From NCBI GenBank assembly GCA_945891385.1, contig CAMDDJ010000005.1, positions 5,819 to 69,818 on the forward strand: a stretch of 64,000 bases of DNA, written 5' to 3'. This DNA comes from Candidatus Kuenenia stuttgartensis. Its GTDB lineage: Bacteria > Planctomycetota > Planctomycetia > Pirellulales > UBA1268. The first letter of the stretch is position 1, and each line of letters opens with the position of its first letter. Below are positions 11,301-19,630 of the stretch, piece by piece. The notes beneath the pieces were generated by a model. It was not told the origin of the DNA. It was given only the letters and a program-made list of their open reading frames with translations, and ran no database searches. The position numbers and the translations under genes are program-made.

Positions 11301-12323
11301 GTCGTTGAACGCGATCTTGCGAATCGCGGGAACCTTCTGGAGCGAGGCCGGGTCCGTACCCGTCACGGCTCTCGCCGGAACCGTCACCCAGGCATTCTTG
11401 GCCGGCACCCACTTCTGCAGGGTGCCCCGGAGCACCTGCGTCACAGTGAAGCCCTGCGATCCTTGACCGAGGAGATGCGCCGCCGTCAGTTCGATGGTCT
11501 GCCCGCCCGTAGCGTCGAGCATCACCGTCCGCGGACCGTTGACCGTGACCTGGAGGCTCGTCGGCTCGCTTTCAAGCCCGGCCAGGTTCTCGACCACCAC
11601 CGTGACATCGTGCACGCCGTTGGCAAGCTTCGGCGACTGGAGCAACCAGGCGCCGGTCTTGGCATCGCTCCTGACCCGACCCACCGGCACGTCGTCGATC
11701 GAGATGTTCACGAACCGATTGGGCTGCGCGACCCCGCGGAACCAGGGAGTGGCGTACGTCGTCTGGCCATCGCCCTTCATGCCGGTATCCGACAGAGCTC
11801 CCAGGACGAGCGTGGAAGGGGTCGGCGGCGTGGTCACGACCGTGAAGGTGAGCTCCTTGGAGAGTGCTCCAAAGCTCTTTCCAAACGTGCCCGAGGCGGC
11901 GACCGGACGGACGTTGATCGTGTGCTTGCCGGCAGCGAGGGCGGACTCGGCGGGCACCGTGTAGGTCCACTGACCATTAGTCACTGGCAGCGTAGCAACC
12001 CGCACTCCATCGATGCGGAGCCGAACCTGGCTCACGCCGCCCTGCACGCTGCCCGAAAACGCGGGGGTGCGATCGTACGTCAGGTTGTCGACCATCGAAG
12101 TCCCGGTGTCGCTCTCATCCGCGAGGTCGGCGATTCCCGCACGCATGCCGGCGTCGAACATCGTCCGCGACTCGAGCCGCTCGATCCGACACCTCGCGCG
12201 GGATGCCTTGCGGCGGCCGGAGCGCTGCGGCCCCGTGCCCGACAGCCAGTGACGCACTGCGATCAGGGCGGGAGAATCCAAGGTGATTCGCATCATGGCA
12301 GCAGGTCCTTCAAAGGGTTCCAA
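8307..12323 (-). CDS. large secreted mosaic surface protein (Ig-like repeats, carbohydrate-enzyme-type beta-sandwich-like module, tail-fibre-like module)
   Basis: 1338-aa uninterrupted ORF in a lower-GC block. It has an N-terminal RIERLESRTMF motif like the LEDR-type leader of large planctomycete secreted proteins. Two SDTG...D..T.D.TP.F.G Ig-like modules lie at aa ~68-262. See the findings. The start may be the Met pair at 12296. Confidence 0.8.
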   Translation of the reverse strand: MEPFEGPAAMMRITLDSPALIAVRHWLSGTGPQRSGRRKASRARCRIERLESRTMFDAGMRAGIADLADESDTGTSMVDNLTYDRTPAFSGSVQGGVSQVRLRIDGVRVATLPVTNGQWTYTVPAESALAAGKHTINVRPVAASGTFGKSFGALSKELTFTVVTTPPTPSTLVLGALSDTGMKGDGQTTYATPWFRGVAQPNRFVNISIDDVPVGRVRSDAKTGAWLLQSPKLANGVHDVTVVVENLAGLESEPTSLQVTVNGPRTVMLDATGGQTIELTAAHLLGQGSQGFTVTQVLRGTLQKWVPAKNAWVTVPARAVTGTDPASLQKVPAIRKIAFNDVVRWTPARGDVGMAAAFTLSPLDTAGGPIAPTPEVGAVPGRLVSPSIDYTAGVGSKITWGAPTDGCGCRSTRYTIELTREDGKTFVYNVPATVHGVSSVEGGVVSSARIWGATKTGAGEARSYDLATVADFANKLDFTIRSSASFMDPGAKARAQLANSLTQKQFTKSLPLGDSHAGLVYLQVDAVPDAIEAEQGLPAGTPMIISSDTSKLTPKQRADLKDNPIYASHLFPGTVNGEVQPDQLRAHFQAGEMLRFAGKVDASVRAGATIVVEKAQNLQDGSLGPWFQEARIPVAADGSFSHKYPVPYGMNSVRVRLEYQTQPATPSVGVTSSTATPISTPIDLSSSFNAFGITTPPWQAPNSQGFDRNGNYYNSDYTGSATSEPIPGTPIIYNGISFPIGPIPTALSQVGGGGNSATNNPLNFVQAQGQTIQVSVDADKSDYLYLAGAASNGDQLSQTITLNFTDGTTETWTQSFHDWASDGPPQSSNPPWPPVYTIAPGDNEKMPVRVATTAPVQNTNLYLTPEIFAGLQTIDGVTLAEGDRVLVKNQVYEQYNGIYVASAGAWSRAKDALTPEEQWNESMPVLSGTTNGGKYFWENTDPLTMAYDLTYVEIAPPVPTPRPFVGELNLKTEPERINQQGDLVTTPAHIFGYCRNLHGKQLASFTLPNNQNIGILSAVVSKAPVIALDQGFESLVLGTVHLTGVDLMALTIVNESNIGAGGGPLTFYFADQPEKGSTTTPPTYTTKQVTVPMGQQTTIAYIAPDSSSQMTFSVQKADGTCVGEDCSTYLADWADGSGSSMYWAAQITPLFNSQMRAGQHWTMTIQNAGLGYNGYLSSPSGQGLPAASGSTPAGAQFKLMTQNEINDQPPWAVALEEIAGEAIALVGVSILTLGTGDAAIAGAEVVDATVDSVSVAAADGSSFAESVLTDESIFEAIGDINDADLEERLDDLKAFNEKYGTDLPRIEVVDEVPFANNGGRPGEATKLFLQQFKALGWS

Positions 12324-12510
12324 CGCATCGAGTGCAGAGGCTTAGGGACGGGGCCCGCGGAGCGTGCTCGCCCAAGCAGATTGCCCGAAAGAGTAGCATT
12401 GCGAGGTATTGGCCGCAACATTTTGGTCAAAGCGTGAGAAGGTTGGGGCAAACAAACCCGTTCCGTGCCCGATGACCGGCATGACCGGCACAGCCGCTAC
12501 GGCCGTTAAG

Positions 12511-12713
12511 CCGCGTCGCCAGGGCCGCGGAAGTGCCAGAGGCCGAGCGGACCTTTGAACTCAGAGCGTCTTGAGGTACTCGAGCAGGGCTTGCTTCTGG
12601 TCGTCGTCGAGCACGTCGGCAAAGTCGTGGCCGGCGGCGCTCTTCCCGGGGCGACGGGTGTCGAAATACCGCCGCCGCTCCGCAGGCCGCAGCCTGCCCT
12701 CGGGCAGGTCGGC
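12511..12713 (-). repeat. copy C: the functional 3' end of the cytochrome c gene plus 50 nt downstream
   Basis: Direct repeat of 8083-8285 and, for the coding part, of 6703-6846. It is contiguous with the intact gene at 12561-13979. Confidence 0.85.
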
Positions 12714-13979
12714 CCGCTCCTCGACCTCGAGGCCGACCCGAGCCTCGTCATAGCCGGTCGGCGTCCGCCGCCACACCGTCGGCCGCGCGGCCGGATTGAG
12801 CACGTGCCAGAGGGTGGGCACGGAGCCGTTGTGGAAGTAGGGCGCACTGGCCCAGATGCCGTCGAGCGGCGGGGCTACATAGCCCCGGGGAGCCTCGCGG
12901 TCGCGGAGCCCGTCGGCTTCAGCGTCGGCCCCAGAGTGGCCAAACCAGCTGTCGTTGAGCGCCCGCCGGTCGGCCGCCGAGAGCGAATCGAGCCGCACGC
13001 GGTCGGTGCCCACCGCCTCGATCGGCACGAGCCGCTCGGGATAGTGCCCGTCACCGCCGTAGCTGCCGTGGCACTCGGCGCAGTGGTTCACGAAAACAGC
13101 CTCCCCGGCCGCGGCGAGCGTGTGGTCGAGCGGGCCGGACCAGGCGGGCGGCTCGAGCGCGGCGATCCAGGCCTCGATCTCCCGAAACTCGTCTTCCCAC
13201 TCCCGAAACCGCTCCGGCCCGTTCTCCTTGACGAGCAGAAACTGCATCAACGGCCGGTGCCCCTGGGCAGCAAAGCCGTCGATATAGAGACTCTTCCGCT
13301 TGGAATAATGCCACCAGGGCGGCGCATCCATGTCGTGATGAACGAGGTCGAATCGCGGCGGCATCTGGATGATGTTCAGCTCGGCATCGCGGTGCCGCAT
13401 CAACGCGACGCCGAAGATCACGGCATTCGTCGTGCCCACCGTGGTGCCAAGCGGCAACAGGAGCGAGCCGAGATCCATGTGGCCAAACGCTTTCCGTTGC
13501 CGCACCTTGACCGCCCGCACCTCTTCCGTGAGCGTCTCGAGGGCGTAATTGGAGTTGGGCAATCCCGGGATCATCCGGCCACCGACCTGGCCCTGGTGGC
13601 AGGCGAGGCAGCTCATCGTCCAGCGACCGGCCTCATCGACCACATACTGGAGCGACCGGGCCGGATCCTCGGGATCGGGCAACAGCCCGTATCGCTCCAT
13701 CGCCATCCGCCGCCGCTCGGCCAGGCTGGCCCCTTCCGCCTGCGATTTGAGCGGCTCTTCCCAGGTGGTCCAGAGTTCGTCGAACACCTCCTGGTCGAAG
13801 TCGGAGGGCAGGTAGGCCCGCTGGCGGAGATGGTCAAAACCACGGGCCGCCGGAGCGGTTTCAGCGAAGGCCGACCCGGCGGCAGCCGCCGCCGTCATGA
13901 TCACGAGCATCATGGCGATCCCGCGGCGGCCGCGGATCTTCATGGGGGCCAATCTGGCTGCTGCGGCGTTCGGGTTCAT
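12561..13979 (-). CDS. di-haem c-type cytochrome (peroxidase/oxidoreductase-like)
   Basis: Two CxxCH motifs (CLACH, CAECH), a signal peptide after MNPNAAAARLAPMKIRGRRGIAMMLVIMTAAAAAGSAFA, and PPLDGIWASAPYFHNGSVPTLWHVL typical of di-haem peroxidase-like proteins. Start at 13979 (alternative 13943). Confidence 0.8.
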   Translation of the reverse strand: MNPNAAAARLAPMKIRGRRGIAMMLVIMTAAAAAGSAFAETAPAARGFDHLRQRAYLPSDFDQEVFDELWTTWEEPLKSQAEGASLAERRRMAMERYGLLPDPEDPARSLQYVVDEAGRWTMSCLACHQGQVGGRMIPGLPNSNYALETLTEEVRAVKVRQRKAFGHMDLGSLLLPLGTTVGTTNAVIFGVALMRHRDAELNIIQMPPRFDLVHHDMDAPPWWHYSKRKSLYIDGFAAQGHRPLMQFLLVKENGPERFREWEDEFREIEAWIAALEPPAWSGPLDHTLAAAGEAVFVNHCAECHGSYGGDGHYPERLVPIEAVGTDRVRLDSLSAADRRALNDSWFGHSGADAEADGLRDREAPRGYVAPPLDGIWASAPYFHNGSVPTLWHVLNPAARPTVWRRTPTGYDEARVGLEVEERADLPEGRLRPAERRRYFDTRRPGKSAAGHDFADVLDDDQKQALLEYLKTL

Positions 13980-14064
13980 GGCATACTTGCGCGGCTGATC
14001 CGGCCCTGCGAACGATTCCGCCCGCAGTATAGGCCTCCCTCCTTTCCTGGCCCGACCTGCCGCC

Positions 14065-15411
14065 ATGCCCTCCGCCAATCCCATCCTGCTGCCCGAACTC
14101 CGTGTGATGCTCGCCGAGGGCGACACCGCCGGGCTCCGCGAGGTGGCCGAGGAACTGCATCCGGCCACGGTGGCGGAGTTTTCCGAGGGGCTCGCCGAAG
14201 CCGAGATCTGGCAGGTCTTCGCCACGATTCCGGTCGAACGGCAGGCGGAGATCTTCCCCTACTACCCGCTCTCCCGGCAGGTCGACCTGCTCAAAGCCGC
14301 CGACCGCCGCCAGCTCGGGCCACTGATCGAGTGGATGGCGGCTGACAACCGCGACGACCTGCTTCGGGAACTCGAGCCCGAGTTCGTCGAGGAGATCCTC
14401 CCACTCGTGGCCAAGGCCGAGCGGCACGACATCCGGCTCCTGCTCTCCTGCCCCGAGGATTCGGCCGGCGCCCTGATGACGACCGAGTATGCCTCGCTGC
14501 CCGCCGACATCACGGCCGGTGAAGCGATCGCCAGACTCCGGTCACAGGCGCCCGACAGCGAATCGATCTACTACATCTATGTGCTCGACCCCGAGCGGCA
14601 TCTGGTGGGGTTCGTGTCGCTCCGCGATCTGATCCTGGCCAAGCCGACCGCTCTGGTGGGCGACCTGATGCAGCGGGACGTGATCAGCGTCCGGATCGAC
14701 GAGCCGCAGGATAAGGTGGTCGAGCAGCTGGCCCGATTCGACTTCATCGCGATTCCGGTCGTCGACGACCAGAACCGGCTCGTGGGCATCGTCACCCACG
14801 ACGACGTGCTCGACGCCGTCCGGCAAGAGGCCACCGACGAGGCCCAGATGAGCGCCGCGATCGCGCCGCTCGGCGAGGGCTACCTCGAGGCGGCCATCAC
14901 CTCGATGACCTGGAAGCGGGGCGTGTGGCTGGCGATCCTGTTCGCCACGGCCGCCGTCACCGCGATGGTGCTCTCGAATTGGGAGCCCGCCGAGTCGCAG
15001 CTCTGGCTGGTGGCCTTCATCCCGCTGGTCGTCGCCAGCGGCGGCAACTCGGGCAATCAGTCGGCCACGCTCGTGATCACGGCACTCTCGACCGGCGACT
15101 GTCGGCTCTCCGACTGGAAGCGAATCCTGAAGCGGGAGTTCGTGCTCGGCCTCGTGCTCGGGGCGATCCTGGCGGTTCCGGGGTATCTGCTCGCGCTCGC
15201 CTATGCGCCGACACCGCTCCAGGCCATCGTGATCCCCGCCACCATTCTCTGCGTGGTGCTCGTGGGCGCGCTCGTCGGCTCCGTGCTCCCCCTGCTCTTC
15301 CGCTCGATCGGCCTCGATCCGGCCCTGATGAGCAATCCCTTCGTGTCGGCGATCGTCGACGTGGTCGGCATTCTCGTCTACATGGGCCTGGCGATGGTGG
15401 TGCTCGGCTGA
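14065..15411 (+). CDS. mgtE: magnesium transporter MgtE
   Basis: 448 aa with an MgtE N-domain, a CBS pair (ERHLVGFVSLRDLI / NRLVGIVTHDDVLD) and a C-terminal 5-TM MgtE channel domain. Confidence 0.9.
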   Translation: MPSANPILLPELRVMLAEGDTAGLREVAEELHPATVAEFSEGLAEAEIWQVFATIPVERQAEIFPYYPLSRQVDLLKAADRRQLGPLIEWMAADNRDDLLRELEPEFVEEILPLVAKAERHDIRLLLSCPEDSAGALMTTEYASLPADITAGEAIARLRSQAPDSESIYYIYVLDPERHLVGFVSLRDLILAKPTALVGDLMQRDVISVRIDEPQDKVVEQLARFDFIAIPVVDDQNRLVGIVTHDDVLDAVRQEATDEAQMSAAIAPLGEGYLEAAITSMTWKRGVWLAILFATAAVTAMVLSNWEPAESQLWLVAFIPLVVASGGNSGNQSATLVITALSTGDCRLSDWKRILKREFVLGLVLGAILAVPGYLLALAYAPTPLQAIVIPATILCVVLVGALVGSVLPLLFRSIGLDPALMSNPFVSAIVDVVGILVYMGLAMVVLG

Positions 15412-15428
15412 GCGACCGCTCCGCTCAG
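15408..15428. terminator. GC hairpin between convergent genes (candidate bidirectional terminator)
   Basis: CTGAGCG (15408-15414) pairs with CGCTCAG (15422-15428) across a 7-nt loop. It sits between the mgtE stop and the stop of the 15448-17283 gene. There is no U tract. Confidence 0.3.
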
Positions 15429-15447
15429 TCCCGGCCCGTGATGCCGC

Positions 15448-17283
15448 TCAGCGTGCGGCCGGCGGAGCAAATTCGGCCGGCAGGGAGTCGCCCCGCTTCT
15501 CCGCGGCAGCGCGGGTGGTGATCAGGATCGATTCACCGGAGTCGGCCTGCCGCACGACGTAGACGAGCTTCCCGTCGGGGTTGGCCTTGGCGAGGATCGT
15601 CTGCAGCACCTCCCGGGCCGGCTTGTCGCGTTCATCGAGGCCGAAGGATTGGTTCTTGGTGATGCCTTCGAGCTGGAGATCGGGGCCCATGATTTCCAGC
15701 GGGATGCCGGCCTGCTCCGCGACGAATTGCACGGCCATTTCGAGCGTGTCTCGGGGAAACACCAGCGTGATCCGTTGATCGAGCGCCTCGCCCGCGGTGC
15801 GGCGGCGGCCCGGCTCGGCCGCGGCGCGGGTCGCCACCGGCGGGCCGGCTCCGGCTGCCTGAGCCAGCGCGAGTTCGGTGGCGACGATCAGATTGTGGGC
15901 CGCGTGTTCCGGGAGATAGGCGTTGATCACGAGGCCTTCCCCTTCCGGCGCCCAACGGGCTTCGGCCACGAGCATTCGCAGCATCGCCGGCAGCCGGAGC
16001 ACGAGGATCTTGCCGTAGGGATCGAGGTTCATGCTCGCGATCGCAGCCTCCACGGTTCCCGGCACCGCCGCAAGCCGATCGAAGACGGCCGGCGCTTCCT
16101 TTCGCGGCGGCTGGGCGAAGGGCGTCACCGCGTCGAATTCGAGATAGCAGGTGTCGCTGACATGGAGCGACAGCGCCGCAGCGGCGAGCGACTCGCCGAA
16201 GAAGCCGCGGAGCGGCTCGAGCAGGTTGGCCAGCGGGCCGGCCAGCGCGACCCGCCCGCGGTTCACGAGAAAGTGGGGCGTGCCGAAGAGCGTGACGTGG
16301 CGTTCGGCATCGAGCATGCCGACGAGCACGGCGAGGTCGCGGGGGAGATCGACGGCCAACTCCGTGGCCGGGAGGCCCCGGGCTTCGAGCGCCGCACGAA
16401 CCGTGTCTTCGATCAGGGGTGAGCCGCCACCGGCCGGCCCAGCCGATGGGGCCCGGGGCGACTCCGACACCACCACGAGCACCCTGCTGCCCTCGTCCTC
16501 GGGCACCCAGAATGAATGGCCCTGACCGCGATGGTAGGTCTGTCCCTGAAACGATACGTCAGTCGTCGCCCCCCAGGCGGCCTTCCGACTCGCGTCATCG
16601 CCCGGCACCTGATGGCCGGCGGTCAGCCTCACGGCGACGCCCCCGAGCACCTCGTCCGGGCCACCGCCCTGCCAGCCGGCCTGGATGAATTCAATGTCAC
16701 CGGGTTCGCAGCCGCACCAGGCCGCAAGTTGTTTGAGGGTCGCGTCGGCGACCGGCCCAAGCCCGCGGAGCAACAGCGGGCCTTCATCCTGGGCGAGCAG
16801 GTCGGCCGGGCGACACAGGAGCACGAGCTGCGACCCGGGCGGCAGATAGTCGAGCCGCGGCCGCGGGCCCGACGTGGGCGGCGCCCACGGCATCCGGCCC
16901 GTATCGACCACGAGATACCGGCCTGACACCGAAGGCTGGTCGTCCTCGCCGCTCGCGATCGCAGGATCCGGCGCGGCCGACGGATCCGCCAGCGTAGGTG
17001 CCGAACCGGCTACTTCGCCCTGGCTGGTCGCTGCCTTCCGGGCCGGCGGCTCGCGGCCCGGCCCCAGTAGCACGAACAAAAGCCCCGCCATCACGGCGGC
17101 CACGGCGACCAAACCAAGCACGAGCGGCGCCGACGAGCGGCGGCGTTTCCGCCGGGGGGCCGGCTCGATCACAGGCGGCACGTCGGACTGCCGCGGTCCG
17201 CGCGGGTTCGGCCGGCCTGCGGCGGCAGGCGGTCGGCGAGGTGGGCCAGACTTCGAAGGATCAGGTGGCATGGGTAGGGACAT
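15448..17283 (-). CDS. hypothetical single-pass membrane protein with Pro/Arg-rich N-terminus
   Basis: 611-aa ORF. It has a basic Pro-rich cytoplasmic head, one TM (APLVLGLVAVAAVMAGLLFVLLG) and a large extracytoplasmic body. I recognise no family. Confidence 0.6.
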   Translation of the reverse strand: MSLPMPPDPSKSGPPRRPPAAAGRPNPRGPRQSDVPPVIEPAPRRKRRRSSAPLVLGLVAVAAVMAGLLFVLLGPGREPPARKAATSQGEVAGSAPTLADPSAAPDPAIASGEDDQPSVSGRYLVVDTGRMPWAPPTSGPRPRLDYLPPGSQLVLLCRPADLLAQDEGPLLLRGLGPVADATLKQLAAWCGCEPGDIEFIQAGWQGGGPDEVLGGVAVRLTAGHQVPGDDASRKAAWGATTDVSFQGQTYHRGQGHSFWVPEDEGSRVLVVVSESPRAPSAGPAGGGSPLIEDTVRAALEARGLPATELAVDLPRDLAVLVGMLDAERHVTLFGTPHFLVNRGRVALAGPLANLLEPLRGFFGESLAAAALSLHVSDTCYLEFDAVTPFAQPPRKEAPAVFDRLAAVPGTVEAAIASMNLDPYGKILVLRLPAMLRMLVAEARWAPEGEGLVINAYLPEHAAHNLIVATELALAQAAGAGPPVATRAAAEPGRRRTAGEALDQRITLVFPRDTLEMAVQFVAEQAGIPLEIMGPDLQLEGITKNQSFGLDERDKPAREVLQTILAKANPDGKLVYVVRQADSGESILITTRAAAEKRGDSLPAEFAPPAAR

Positions 17284-17477
17284 CCTCCGACAAAATGGTA
17301 CCAGCCGCAGTCTCGGGCGGTCGTGTGCGTCTGCCGCTGCAAGGCACGCAGCACCTGGCGAATCAGTGACCGGCCCCGGACCTCATCCGGGCAGGCTGCA
17401 CGCCCAGCCCCCGCAGGCCAACTGAGACACGGGCCAGGACGGCACTTCCAGAGCACGACAAACCGTGTCGACAGTTC

Positions 17478-17522
17478 GGGGTTGCCCGTGCCCTGGGGCC
17501 GGCGTAGGAAACCAAGCGCAGC
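17478..17522 (+). repeat. short repeat motif, family 2 (GGCGTAGGAAACCGAGCGCAG core)
   Basis: 36/45 positions identical to 33410-33454 by hand alignment. It lies in the 317-nt spacer upstream of gdh. Confidence 0.45.
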
Positions 17523-17599
17523 GGGTCGTGTTGTCGGGCGGGACGAGCCGGGCCTATCATCCGCCGGACTCATTCGCGACCGCAGGAGGCCGGCCAACC

Positions 17600-18835
17600 G
17601 TGCGTGCCACCGACGCCACCCGCCTCTACTTCGATGCGGCGGCCGACCAACTCGACCTTTCCCCCTCGATGCGGGAACTCCTGCTGACCGCCAAGCGGGA
17701 GGTGCAGGTGCAGATCCCGATCGAGCGAGACTCGGGTGAACTGGCCACCTTCATCGGCTACCGGGTGCAGCACAACGATGCCCGCGGGCCGTTCAAGGGA
17801 GGCCTCCGCTACCACCCCCAGGTCGATCTCGACGAGGTGCGGGCTTTGGCGGCCTTGATGACCTGGAAGACGGCGGTGGTGAATATTCCGTACGGCGGAG
17901 CCAAGGGAGGCGTGGCGATCGATCCCCGCAGCTGCTCGGTTCGGGAACTCGAGCGGGTCACCCGCCGGTTCGTCGATGCGATCCACGACCTGTTCGGACC
18001 CGACGTCGACATCCCCGCCCCCGACATGGGCACGTCGGCCGACGTGATGGCCTGGATCATGAACCAATACGGCAAGTATCACGGCTTCGCCCCGGCCTGC
18101 GTGACGGGCAAGCCGGTCGAGTACCACGGCATTCCGGGCCGCGAAGAGGCGACGGGCCGTGGTGTCGGCACCCTCACGCTCAAACTGCTTGGCCGAATCG
18201 GCCGCCCGATCCCAGGCACGCGGATCGCGATCCAGGGCTTCGGCAACGTCGGCACGCATACTGCCAAATATCTTCATGACGCGGAGTGCCGGATCGTGGC
18301 CGTGGGCGACGCCACCGCCGCCTTCCACCGGGCCGATGGGCTCGATGTGCTGGAGCTGCTCCGCTACGCGCGGGAGCACGACGGCCGACTGGCCGGCTTT
18401 CCCGGCGGGGACGCGATCACCGGCGCGGAGCTGCTCGCCGCCGAGTGCGAGGTGCTGATTCCGGCGGCACTCGGGGGCGTGATCACGACGGCCAATGCGG
18501 GGGCCGTGCGGGCCAGGCTCATCGTCGAGGCGGCCAATGCGCCGGTCGAGCCCGATGCCGACACGATCCTGGCTGAGCGGGGCATCACGGTGCTGCCCGA
18601 CATTCTCGCCAACGCCGGGGGCGTGACGGCCAGCTGGTTCGAGTGGGTGCAGAACCGTCAGCATTACCAATGGGGCATCAACCGGGTTCGCCAGGAACTC
18701 GATCGGATTCTGTCGGAAGCCTTCGAGCAGGTCTGGCATCTCGCCCAGTCGCGGCAGGTGCCCCTCCGCACGGCCGCCTACATGGTCGGCCTCGGCCGCG
18801 TCGCCCGGGCCACGGTGCTCGGCGGCCTGGCCTAA
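17600..18835 (+). CDS. gdhA: Glu/Leu/Phe/Val-family glutamate dehydrogenase
   Basis: PYGGAKGG catalytic Lys motif and a Rossmann GFGNVG. In-frame GTG at 17600 sits 10 nt after AGGAGG. Confidence 0.88.
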   Translation: MRATDATRLYFDAAADQLDLSPSMRELLLTAKREVQVQIPIERDSGELATFIGYRVQHNDARGPFKGGLRYHPQVDLDEVRALAALMTWKTAVVNIPYGGAKGGVAIDPRSCSVRELERVTRRFVDAIHDLFGPDVDIPAPDMGTSADVMAWIMNQYGKYHGFAPACVTGKPVEYHGIPGREEATGRGVGTLTLKLLGRIGRPIPGTRIAIQGFGNVGTHTAKYLHDAECRIVAVGDATAAFHRADGLDVLELLRYAREHDGRLAGFPGGDAITGAELLAAECEVLIPAALGGVITTANAGAVRARLIVEAANAPVEPDADTILAERGITVLPDILANAGGVTASWFEWVQNRQHYQWGINRVRQELDRILSEAFEQVWHLAQSRQVPLRTAAYMVGLGRVARATVLGGLA

Positions 18836-18889
18836 GCTGAACGCCTCTCCCGGAACCGACCCGCTGTAGTCGCTCGTTGGTCACTCGTC

Positions 18890-19543
18890 ATGCCAGGCAC
18901 CGCTCCCTATCCGCCGCGCGATGCGCACGAAGAGTTTGCCAACACGCTCACGCATGGCGTGGGAGTGGTGCTCAGCGTGGTCGGTGGGGTCGCCTTGCTG
19001 TCGAGCTGTACCCACTGGACCGTCGCGGTGGCCTGCGGCCTGTACGCCCTCACGCTCGTGGCGACGTATGCGGCATCTGCCCTCTCCCACGGCGTGCGGC
19101 GGCCTGATTGGAAGCATCTGCTCAGCATTTGGGACCAGGGGGTGATTTTCCTGCTCATCATCGGCACATACACCCCGTTTCTCGTGGCGTACCTCCCGTC
19201 GGCATGGACGATGCCCGTGCTCGTGCTCCTGTGGGGAGCGGCACTGCTCGGCTTCGCCTCGAAGGTGCTCGCGAAGCATCGCATCGACCACACGTTCTCG
19301 CCGCTTCCGTACGTGGCGCTCGGCTGGCTGCCGGCGATGATCCTCACTCCGTTCGTGCCGTTGGCCTGCCTCGCGTGGATGGCCGTCGGGGGCGTGCTCT
19401 ACACGGTGGGCGTGATCTTTCTCGTGCTCGATCGCCGAGTGCGATACTTCCACGCCGCCTGGCACCTGTTCGTGCTGGGGGGCAGCACCTGCCACTACGT
19501 CGCGATCCTCTCGTTCGTCGTGCTGCCAGGCGGGATCGCGTAG
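18890..19543 (+). CDS. hemolysin III / PAQR family membrane protein
   Basis: 217 aa with 7 predicted TM helices, an EEFANTLTHGVG N-motif and an HLFV motif near the C-terminus. Confidence 0.85.
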   Translation: MPGTAPYPPRDAHEEFANTLTHGVGVVLSVVGGVALLSSCTHWTVAVACGLYALTLVATYAASALSHGVRRPDWKHLLSIWDQGVIFLLIIGTYTPFLVAYLPSAWTMPVLVLLWGAALLGFASKVLAKHRIDHTFSPLPYVALGWLPAMILTPFVPLACLAWMAVGGVLYTVGVIFLVLDRRVRYFHAAWHLFVLGGSTCHYVAILSFVVLPGGIA

Positions 19544-19630
19544 GGATGCCAGGTATGTCCCGTGAGCCGCCATCCCGCAGGCTCTCCATCTGAGACGGCA
19601 TCGATCGTGGGTGTCGGCCGAAGCAGGCGG

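Noticed and set aside
13980-14064. Mg2+ (M-box) riboswitch upstream of mgtE
   Set aside because: The spacer is only 85 nt, too short for the ~160-nt M-box, and no conserved M-box segments were seen.
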